DNA from: Anaerolineae bacterium
GTDB lineage: Bacteria > Chloroflexota > Anaerolineae > Aggregatilineales > Ch27
DNA: 64,000 bases
Reading direction: 5' to 3'
Assembly (NCBI GenBank): GCA_013178165.1
Contig: JABLXG010000036.1
Coordinates: forward strand, 6,874 to 70,873
The translations under genes and the position numbers were made by a program. Below the pieces are notes generated by a model. The model worked only from the letters and a program-made list of their open reading frames with translations. It did no database searches and was not told where the DNA came from. Shown here one piece after another: positions 25,688-33,301 of the stretch; the stretch's first letter is position 1; each line of letters starts with the position of its first letter.

Positions 25688-26377
25688 TCAGGGTGCGGGT
25701 GGTACCAGCCGGTAGCCCACCCCGCGTACTGTCTTGATAATGCGCGGATGGGCCGGGTCTTCCTCAACGATCTCCCGCAACCAGCGGATGTGAACGTCCA
25801 GCGTGCGCGTATCACCCATATAGTCGGTGTGCCACACCTGCTGGATCAGGGTCTTGCGGGCGATCACAGTATTCGGATACTTCAGGAAAAGTCCGGCCAG
25901 TCCGGCGAGCTTCGGCGTTAGCGGCTTTTCCTGCTCACCAACCAGGAGCGTCCGCTTGGCCATATCCAGCCGGAGCGCCCCTGCCTGCAAGACCTCACCC
26001 TGCCGATCCCTTTCCTCAACAAAACGCCTGATGCGGTTCACCAGTTTACGCCAGGTCAGCGGATGACACAGCACCACGTCAGCTTCACTGGGCCCTCCCT
26101 GGCCGTCAGACGACGGGCGAATATGAATGATCGGCGTCTCCGGCAGGGAAGCGCGCAGTGTTCGACAGATCCGGTCGCCGGATGTGCGCATCGACGCCGC
26201 ATCCAGCACGACGACATCCGGCAGCATGCTCTGGGCGAGACTGATCCCCTGCTTACCGGAATACGCTAACGCCAGGTTGTACCGCTTGCCCAGCGCCGTC
26301 GCAAAGGATTTGCCGTTGGCCCGTATACTTTCGATCAACAGAACTTTCGCCGCGTCGGACATCGTCAGGAGATTCAC
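25688..26377 (-). CDS. OmpR/PhoB-family winged-helix response regulator with degenerate receiver domain
   Basis: C-terminal LTPKLAGLAGLFLKYPNTVIARKTLIQQVW...TLDVHIRWLREI...IKTVRGVGYRL. The receiver retains only the phospho-Asp position (VVVLDAAS). The acidic pair is ES, Thr/Ser is Arg and Lys is His. The start may be ATG 26362. Confidence 0.8.
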   Translation of the reverse strand: MNLLTMSDAAKVLLIESIRANGKSFATALGKRYNLALAYSGKQGISLAQSMLPDVVVLDAASMRTSGDRICRTLRASLPETPIIHIRPSSDGQGGPSEADVVLCHPLTWRKLVNRIRRFVEERDRQGEVLQAGALRLDMAKRTLLVGEQEKPLTPKLAGLAGLFLKYPNTVIARKTLIQQVWHTDYMGDTRTLDVHIRWLREIVEEDPAHPRIIKTVRGVGYRLVPPAP

Positions 26378-26478
26378 CCCTCACTTCTCTCATCCGGGAT
26401 GACCGCTTTCTCGATTGCGCAAGTCAGTTGCGCACAGCCAACAGATCGCTCGCCGGATGCCTTCTCCTTACATAGGCG

Positions 26479-26506
26479 ATTATAACTGCCAGGCACTCCG
26501 GAGCAA
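26479..26506 (-). promoter_or_regulatory. Promoter candidate for the response regulator (TTGCTC-16 nt-TATAAT)
   Basis: On the minus strand, TTGCTC is at 26506-26501 and TATAAT at 26484-26479. Confidence 0.45.
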
Positions 26507-26883
26507 CGATGTATTGCTTTAGACGGTCACACTTGCCGAAACTTTCCATAGGCTTCCTCAATATTGTCATCGATCCCCTGCTGGTGGGGGTGGAACACTT
26601 CATGGAAGCCCATAGATGCGGATCACTGAAGAGACAGACCAGGTGCTGGAATTTAACATTTGGCGCCTGCACCCGGTGACGCCGGGCAAAACACCTTATC
26701 CCCAACCGGAGCGCCAATAACCCAAGCCAGATAGCCATTATCCCATACCGTCCGGTCGGGGCCAACACGCCGCCAGCGCCTGCCGCAGCAATATCAAGCA
26801 GGCGCAAATCGACAATGACCGGTACAATAGATGCCAGATTTTCCGCCGCTTTCCACCAACCCGGCATGAAGGGCAGGCTCGGA

Positions 26884-28077
26884 ATGGACCTCCAGGAACA
26901 TGTTGTATGGCTGAGCCGTCAGCCGCGAGTCCAGGATATCTGGCGTTACCTGGACAAAGTGTTGGCCGACATTCTTGCCTCGGCGGTGCTGATCCAGCAA
27001 ATCCCCGCGCCGACTTTCCGCGAGCTGGTGCGGGCCAACCACGTTTTGAGCTGTTTTGGCTCCTGCGGGCTGGTCGATACCGGGATTGACAACCTGTACA
27101 ATGTCTATGGGCGGCTGCCCGGCAAAGACCCCTCCGCCCCGGCTCTGCTGATTTCCGCCCACACCGATACTGTCTTCCCGGAAGGGACTGACCTGGCCCT
27201 GCGCCACGAAAACGGCAGCCGCATCGCCGGGCCGGGCATCGGTGATAACAGCCTCGGCGTAGCGGCCCTGGTGGCTATCGCCGATATCATGCGCCAGTTC
27301 CGGGTTAAACCTCACCGCGATATCTGGTTCCTGGCCAACAGCCGCGAAGAAGGGCTGGGCGACCTGGGCGGCATCCGTGCCTTCTACGAGCAATACGGCC
27401 ACCGGTTGGGGCGGGCGATCGTTATCGAAGGTCTGACGCTGGGGCGTGTTTATCATCGCGGCATCGCTGTGCGCAGGCTACATGTCGCTACTTACGCGGA
27501 AGGCGGTCACTCCTGGCAGCAGTTTGGCCGGCCCAGCGCCATCCATCATTTGCTGCTGCTGGGGGCCAGACTTGTCCAGCTCAAGCCGCCGGAGAAACCG
27601 CGCACCACGTATAACATCGGCATAATCCAGGGCGGCCAGTCGGTGAATTCGTTGGCCACCAGCGCTAGTTTCTACATGGACCTGCGTAGCGAAGATCCGC
27701 AAACCCTGCGCGAACTGGAAACCACCGTGCGCGGGATCATCGCCAGCGAAAGCGACCGGGTCGAAGGCATCAGCGTCACGGTCGATGTGGTCGGCGATCG
27801 GCCCTCCGGGGGTATCAGCGCCGATCACGAACTGGTGCGCGGCGCAGCGGCGGCCCTGCAGGTGGTTGACCTGGACTGCCAGCTTCAGGCGGGCAGCACC
27901 GACGCCAACCTGCTGCTGGATAGGGGCCTGCCCGCGGTGACTATCGGCCTGACCACCGGCGGTAACACCCACCGCCTGGATGAGTACATCAACACGGAGC
28001 CGCTCGTCAAGGGCATGCGCCAGCTCATCCTGCTGGCGCTGGCCGGGGCAGGCTGGGAGCCACCACCTGAGCTATGA
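26884..28077 (+). CDS. M20-family metallopeptidase/deacylase
   Basis: Start at ATG 26884 (MDLQEHV...). LLISAHTDTVF, GPGIGDNSLGVAAL, EEGLGDLGG, AGSTDAN. Confidence 0.8.
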   Translation: MDLQEHVVWLSRQPRVQDIWRYLDKVLADILASAVLIQQIPAPTFRELVRANHVLSCFGSCGLVDTGIDNLYNVYGRLPGKDPSAPALLISAHTDTVFPEGTDLALRHENGSRIAGPGIGDNSLGVAALVAIADIMRQFRVKPHRDIWFLANSREEGLGDLGGIRAFYEQYGHRLGRAIVIEGLTLGRVYHRGIAVRRLHVATYAEGGHSWQQFGRPSAIHHLLLLGARLVQLKPPEKPRTTYNIGIIQGGQSVNSLATSASFYMDLRSEDPQTLRELETTVRGIIASESDRVEGISVTVDVVGDRPSGGISADHELVRGAAAALQVVDLDCQLQAGSTDANLLLDRGLPAVTIGLTTGGNTHRLDEYINTEPLVKGMRQLILLALAGAGWEPPPEL

Positions 28078-28300
28078 CTACCGCTAACTTTATAGCCGGG
28101 CTAGCCCTGTAGCAGCAGTCGCAAACGGTCTCTGGCTGATCAGCTACAAAACCGGCAAACTCGCCAGACGTACTCTGCTCGTTCCAGTGTCTGCCAGCCG
28201 TGCCTGATCAGGGTTGTCACGTGGTCGGGGATAGCGCTTGCCCCCGGCCCTTAGCGATACTGGTTGCCATGCTCAGGACATGGCATTCGAAGGGAGCACT

Positions 28301-29428
28301 ATGAGTCACTCAGTTCACGTTGGTACCGCTACCGCCATCCCCGGCCAGATCACCTACGGGGTCTTTGAGGGCGTTCCCTTGCCCACCGGTGGCTCTGACC
28401 CTATCCCGGTGATCATTGCGCAGGGCAAAAAGGAAGGGCCTACCCTGTGGATCACCGGCAGCATTCATGGCAATGAATACAGCGGGATGGCCGTCATCCA
28501 TCGCCTGCTGGGGCCTGGCGGCGTGGACTTTCCGCTGGCCGGGCTGGCCGGGACCGTGATCATGATCCCGACGCTCAACCCCGCCGGGTTACGCACGGAA
28601 GCCCGCGCCCCTTATTACAGCCACGGCTCAGACCCGAACCGCCTGTTCCCGGCCCCCAGACGCGCCAACAAAAATCCTTCCTCAATGGAGGATAGTGTTC
28701 CCACGCCGTTGGAGCGGGTCTATGAGCGCCTTTTCGAGCGGATCGAGGCACATGGCGATTATCTGATCGACCTGCACAACGCCGTGATCGGCTCGCTGGC
28801 CTTTGCCTTTCGCGATCCCATCTACTACGACGGCGCGGAAGACAGAGCAGCGGCCCAGAAGCTCCAGGCGCAAAATGATCAGATGCTGGCGGCCTTTGGC
28901 TTCCCGATCATCAACGAGTTCCCGTCAGCCGAGTACCTGAAGAAAAATCTGCATCGCTCGGTCAGCGGAGCGGCGCTCAACCGGGCGCGCCGTCCGGCGT
29001 TCACCGTCGAACTGGGCAGCTACCTGCATGTAGACACGCGTGTGCGGGACGCAGCCGTGACCGGCCTGCGCAACGTCATGCGCTGGGCCGGGATGCTACC
29101 GGGCGAACCAGAAGCGCTACCGGATATCCCTCGGCCCCAGGTGAACTTCCCGGTACGCCGCCTGATGCATCCGCGCGTTCCCACCAGCGGCATTGTCACC
29201 CATCTGGTCGACACCGGTGATACGATCCGCACCGGTCAGGCGGTCGCCCGCCTGACTGATATCTTTGGGCGGCCCATCGGCCCCGATAGCGGCCTGTTGC
29301 GCACCGAGTTTGATGGCTATGTCGTCGGCCGGATGCAGGGGATGGTCTACTACGAAAACGATCCGGTGCTATGGCTGGCCGTTCGCGATGATAGCGATCT
29401 GCTGGTTCCCTACCCGGACGACTATTGA
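28301..29428 (+). CDS. Succinylglutamate desuccinylase/aspartoacylase (M14-like) family zinc hydrolase
   Basis: ATG 28301 after SD AAGGGAG. Zn motif GSIHGNEYSG (HxxE), later DLHN. 375 aa. Confidence 0.75.
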   Translation: MSHSVHVGTATAIPGQITYGVFEGVPLPTGGSDPIPVIIAQGKKEGPTLWITGSIHGNEYSGMAVIHRLLGPGGVDFPLAGLAGTVIMIPTLNPAGLRTEARAPYYSHGSDPNRLFPAPRRANKNPSSMEDSVPTPLERVYERLFERIEAHGDYLIDLHNAVIGSLAFAFRDPIYYDGAEDRAAAQKLQAQNDQMLAAFGFPIINEFPSAEYLKKNLHRSVSGAALNRARRPAFTVELGSYLHVDTRVRDAAVTGLRNVMRWAGMLPGEPEALPDIPRPQVNFPVRRLMHPRVPTSGIVTHLVDTGDTIRTGQAVARLTDIFGRPIGPDSGLLRTEFDGYVVGRMQGMVYYENDPVLWLAVRDDSDLLVPYPDDY

Positions 29429-29455
29429 TCCTGCACCGCACCCGGAGAAACAAAC

Positions 29456-29482
29456 AGGCGGCATGGATGGTCTCCATGCCGC
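29456..29482. terminator. Bidirectional terminator hairpin between convergent genes
   Basis: GGCGGCATGGA / tggtc / TCCATGCCGCC forms a perfect 11-bp stem. GTTGATT follows on the plus strand and TGTTTGTTTCTC on the minus strand. Confidence 0.65.
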
Positions 29483-29537
29483 CGTTGATTCGCTTCCTGC
29501 TGCCAAAAACCGGCCAGGACCGTATTAACGCCGCAGA

Positions 29538-29813
29538 TCAGGCTCCACCATTGCGATACATGTCCGGCAGAAAGGGCACAAAGAAGCTCCAACCCTCTTT
29601 GGCTGCCTGCAGGCGCTGCTCTTCGTTCAAGACCAGAACTGTATGATGTTCCCCGGAATAAATCTCGATCGTCAGGTCTTCCTGACCGTCATCTACAATC
29701 TCTTCAAAACAGTGGCGCTCATAGCCCATCGGTTCCCGCAGGAACTTGCCAAGACAACGCTCACAAAAGGCAAGCTGGGCGGTGCAGACATCGCGGTTGA
29801 TCTTGACGCGCAT
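29538..29813 (-). CDS. Small Cys-containing hypothetical protein
   Basis: Start at internal ATG (MRVKINRDVCTAQLAFCERCLGKF...). Four Cys spaced C-x6-C-x2-C-x13-C. No family recognised with confidence. Confidence 0.45.
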   Translation of the reverse strand: MRVKINRDVCTAQLAFCERCLGKFLREPMGYERHCFEEIVDDGQEDLTIEIYSGEHHTVLVLNEEQRLQAAKEGWSFFVPFLPDMYRNGGA

Positions 29814-29947
29814 CACGGGTGGCCTCCCCAGCCTATCATCTCCGATGTTGCCTATCCGCAAGGTACAGGATAACCGTAACGCGATATAGTGGCAAATGTC
29901 ACCTGATGGCAGGGAAAACGCATACCTGCCGCGCCGGGCCAGATTTT

Positions 29948-31111
29948 CTAGCGTACCTCAAGGATGCAACGCCCGGATTCCGACTCGCGATCGGTTCCCG
30001 GGCCGAACTGCTGCTGGCCATCGAATATCGGGCTGCGCCAGCTCACGCGGTAGGTGATCGTGTGCTGTCCCCGGGTTAGCGGTTCCGTCACCGGCACATA
30101 CCAGTAGACCGACCAGTTGCCGTCAGGCTGCTGGGTGATTTGCCCCTGGAACAGGCGCCAGTTGTCCAGCAGGCGGCCATCAAAGCGCACCTCATAGATC
30201 ACGTTGTTGATGTGCTGGAGGACGTATTCCCGTGTGCTGGCGATCCACCCCCAGAAGATATCAATGGTGGAACCAGCGCCCAGCGGTGGGGGAACCTGGT
30301 TGAATTCCTCACAGTAGGCCAGCACATCGTACCTGGCGACAACCGGAGCCGTTGCGCCATCTGAAGGCTGCGCCGGTGGGGTCGGGCTGGCCGGAGGCAT
30401 TGTGGTGATGACGCTCAACGGGGTAACCGTAGGAATATTCAGGCCGCGCGGCGGCGTCAGCGTGGCCGTTGGCGTGGGGGAGACGGTTCCCGGCGTGCGT
30501 GGTATGACGGTGCCAGCGGTCACCCCCTGACTGGCTGGCGTGAAGCTGGGCGTGGCGGTGACCGGCAACCCGCCGAGCAGGGCCGTGGCCAGCGGCGTGC
30601 CGCTGATCTCCACCACCACCCCCGGCGAAGTCGGCGTCGGCTGCGGCGTCGGGCTGGGGAGCACGAAGATCAGATTGGCCGCGATCCAGCCTTCGGTGCC
30701 ATCTTCCAGCCGCACGTTGTACCACGTGCGATCCTCGTTGGCGGCCAAAATGATGACATCGGTATTGTTGACCACACCTACAATGGCCGGAAAGGTTACT
30801 CCCGGCCCCTGCCGCATATTGACCGCCTCCTGCACGGTGGATACCCGGCCAATGACCGGCGGCGTAGGAGTCGGCGTGGGGGTATCGGATGGGGTAGGCG
30901 GTATGGGCGATGGCGATGGCGTCTCTATGAAGGTAGGTCGCGGGCTGGCGGTGGGCACCGGTGTGGCGGTGTAGCGTGGCGTGAAGGTCGCCAGCGGCGG
31001 CAGAGTGGCCGTGGCCAGACCGGGAGTCGGCGCATAGATAGTGGTGCACCCCGCGCCAAGCAGCCCCGCGCACAGAGTCAAAGCCAGCAGTGAACGCCTC
31101 ACGAGAGTCAC
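29948..31111 (-). CDS. Lipoprotein with Pro/Thr-rich linkers, an SH3b-like domain and a C-terminal domain of unknown function
   Basis: GTG 31111 after SD GGGGGAGAGG. Lipobox LLGAGC. SH3b-like VNMRQGPGVTFPAIVGVVNNTDVIILAANEDRTWYNVRLEDGTEGWIAANLI. Multiple PTPTP tracts. The track ORF extends 204 nt further upstream. Confidence 0.65.
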   Translation of the reverse strand: MTLVRRSLLALTLCAGLLGAGCTTIYAPTPGLATATLPPLATFTPRYTATPVPTASPRPTFIETPSPSPIPPTPSDTPTPTPTPPVIGRVSTVQEAVNMRQGPGVTFPAIVGVVNNTDVIILAANEDRTWYNVRLEDGTEGWIAANLIFVLPSPTPQPTPTSPGVVVEISGTPLATALLGGLPVTATPSFTPASQGVTAGTVIPRTPGTVSPTPTATLTPPRGLNIPTVTPLSVITTMPPASPTPPAQPSDGATAPVVARYDVLAYCEEFNQVPPPLGAGSTIDIFWGWIASTREYVLQHINNVIYEVRFDGRLLDNWRLFQGQITQQPDGNWSVYWYVPVTEPLTRGQHTITYRVSWRSPIFDGQQQFGPGTDRESESGRCILEVR

Positions 31112-31214
31112 TTCCTCTCCCCCAGGGTAACGCTGCTCTGCTTCCCAGGACCGATGTGCTGCGGTTGAGTATAGTCGGCCCGGCAGGATGCGGCAAGAAT
31201 GACCCGGCTCCGCC

Positions 31215-33149
31215 TCAAAGCGTCGCTGGCTGCTCCCGCTTGAACTGGGTCTTATACAGACGCGCGTACAGCCCTCCCCGCGCCAGCAGTTCGCTGTGTT
31301 TCCCCTGCTCCACAATCTGCCCCCGGTCCAACACCAGGATCAGATCGGCGGCCAGAATCGTGCTCAGCCGGTGGGCGATGACAATGCTCGTCCGCCCGGC
31401 CATGACGGTTTTCAGCGCCTCCTGAATTAACGCCTCGGACTGGCTGTCCAGATGGCTGGTCGCTTCGTCCAGCACCAGGATACGCGGATCTTTGAGGATG
31501 ACACGGGCGATGGCGATCCGCTGCTTTTCACCTCCGCTCAGCCGGTAGCCGCGCTCGCCCACCACGGTATCGTAGCCATCCGGCAGACCCATGATGAAAT
31601 CGTGGATGTTGGCCGCGCGGCAGGCGACCTCCAGTTCGTCCCGGGTAGCATTAAGCCGGGCGTACAGCAGGTTGGTGCGGATGGTGTCATGGAACAGGTG
31701 CGTCTCCTGGGTGACCATCCCGATCTGGCGGGCCAGCGATTCCAGCGATACCGTGCGCAGATCGTGGCCATCCAGCAGAATGCGCCCCTCAGTCGGATCG
31801 TAAAGGCGAGGGATCAGGTAGGTCATCGTTGTCTTACCTGCCCCGCTGGGACCGACCAGCGCTACCAGTTGCCCCGGCTCAATATGGAACGATACGTGCT
31901 CCAGCGCCTTTTCGCGGGCCTGACTGGTCGGCGTGTCGCCATCATGCGGGCGCGGGGGCGCCGCCGCAGCGCCAGAGAGCGCCGCGCCAACCGCATCCAT
32001 CTGTCCGTAGCGCGGCACGTCGCTCAAGAGCAGGTGCTCATTGACACCGTACTCAAACGTGACATCTTCAAACGTGAGCGCACCTCGCACGCCGTCCAGG
32101 ACCACGGCATCCGGACTTTCGACAATATCCAGCGGCAGATCAAGCACCTCAAATACGCGCTCAAAGCTGACCATCGATGTGGCAAAAGCAACCGGCGCAT
32201 TGGTCAGCCCCTGCAACGCGGCATACAACTGGCCGAGATAGGCGGTAAACGCCACGATCGTGCCGACGGTGAACACCCCGCGCAGGACCAGGTGCCCGCC
32301 CAGCCAGTACACCAGCGCCGTGCCCACCGCTCCAACCAGGCCAATGATCACAAAGAACTGGCTACCCAGCACGGCGCGCCGCACGCCAATATCGCGCACC
32401 GCAGCGGCGCGATCCCGGAAGCGGGCAATCTCCACACTGCTACGCCCGAAGAGCTTGACCAGCAACACGCCGCTGATATTAAGTGTTTCGTTCATCATGG
32501 CGTTCATCTGCGCATTGTATTCCATCGCCTGACGGGCCACACCACGCAAGCGCGCCCCCAGGCGACGTGCCGCAAAAATGAACAACGGCAGTACCAGCAC
32601 AGAGACAAGCGTCAGGCGCCATTCCAGCGAGAGCATCACCACCAGCGTCGCCGCCGTCTGAATCAGGTTGGTCACGATATCCACAATAGTGCTGCTGATC
32701 GCCCGCTGGGCATCGATGACGTCGTTGTTGAGGCGACTCATCAGCTCACCAACGCGGGTGTTGGTGAAGAACGCCAGGGACATGCGTTGCAGGTGGGTGT
32801 ACAGACTAACGCGTAGATCGTAGATCACACCTTCGCCGATGGTCGCGTTGAACTTGCGCTGCGCCACCCGGATGCCGCCATCCACCAGTGGGATGCACAC
32901 CAGCGCCAGGGCCAGCAGGTTGAGCCGCCCGGTATCGCCAGCGGGAAGCGTATGGTCGATCAGGTCGCGCAGGATCAGTGGTATGAGCAGGCCAAGCACT
33001 GTTGTCAGCAGGATCGCCCCCAGCAATGCCCCGATATGCCCCCAGTAGGGACGCGCATAGACCAGCACACGCCGCAACAGCGCCGGTGTGACCGCCCGCG
33101 CCTGTTCCGGCTCATCACGCAATAGCGAGAACCACCCGCTGCCGTGCAT
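31215..33149 (-). CDS. ABC exporter, fused permease/ATPase (MsbA/type I exporter-like)
   Basis: ATG 33149 after SD GGAGGA. Six TM segments. Walker A GPSGAGKTT, signature LSGGEKQR, Walker B ILVLDEATS, H-loop VIAHR. About 45 extra residues precede Walker A. Confidence 0.85.
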   Translation of the reverse strand: MHGSGWFSLLRDEPEQARAVTPALLRRVLVYARPYWGHIGALLGAILLTTVLGLLIPLILRDLIDHTLPAGDTGRLNLLALALVCIPLVDGGIRVAQRKFNATIGEGVIYDLRVSLYTHLQRMSLAFFTNTRVGELMSRLNNDVIDAQRAISSTIVDIVTNLIQTAATLVVMLSLEWRLTLVSVLVLPLFIFAARRLGARLRGVARQAMEYNAQMNAMMNETLNISGVLLVKLFGRSSVEIARFRDRAAAVRDIGVRRAVLGSQFFVIIGLVGAVGTALVYWLGGHLVLRGVFTVGTIVAFTAYLGQLYAALQGLTNAPVAFATSMVSFERVFEVLDLPLDIVESPDAVVLDGVRGALTFEDVTFEYGVNEHLLLSDVPRYGQMDAVGAALSGAAAAPPRPHDGDTPTSQAREKALEHVSFHIEPGQLVALVGPSGAGKTTMTYLIPRLYDPTEGRILLDGHDLRTVSLESLARQIGMVTQETHLFHDTIRTNLLYARLNATRDELEVACRAANIHDFIMGLPDGYDTVVGERGYRLSGGEKQRIAIARVILKDPRILVLDEATSHLDSQSEALIQEALKTVMAGRTSIVIAHRLSTILAADLILVLDRGQIVEQGKHSELLARGGLYARLYKTQFKREQPATL

Positions 33150-33240
33150 CCCCACCGTTTCCTCCAGTGCTACAACTGTTTGACCACCTCCAGCCTTGCC
33201 GATTATAACAGCCTTACCTGCTCTCGCCTGGCCGTTCCCT

Positions 33241-33274
33241 GGAAAGGAAAGAGCGACGGTGGGCGCCGTCGCTC
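33241..33274 (-). terminator. Rho-independent terminator of the P-type ATPase gene
   Basis: On the minus strand, GAGCGACGG / cgccca / CCGTCGCTC is followed by TTTCCTTTCC. Confidence 0.65.
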
Positions 33275-33301
33275 CTCCCAACTCATCTATAGGCGATCCA
33301 A

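Noticed and set aside
26424-26867. 147-aa minus-strand ORF in the regulator/M20 spacer
   Set aside because: It has no SD and no family motif, and it runs across the regulator's predicted promoter. It is kept only as part of the finding on the unexplained 0.5-kb region.
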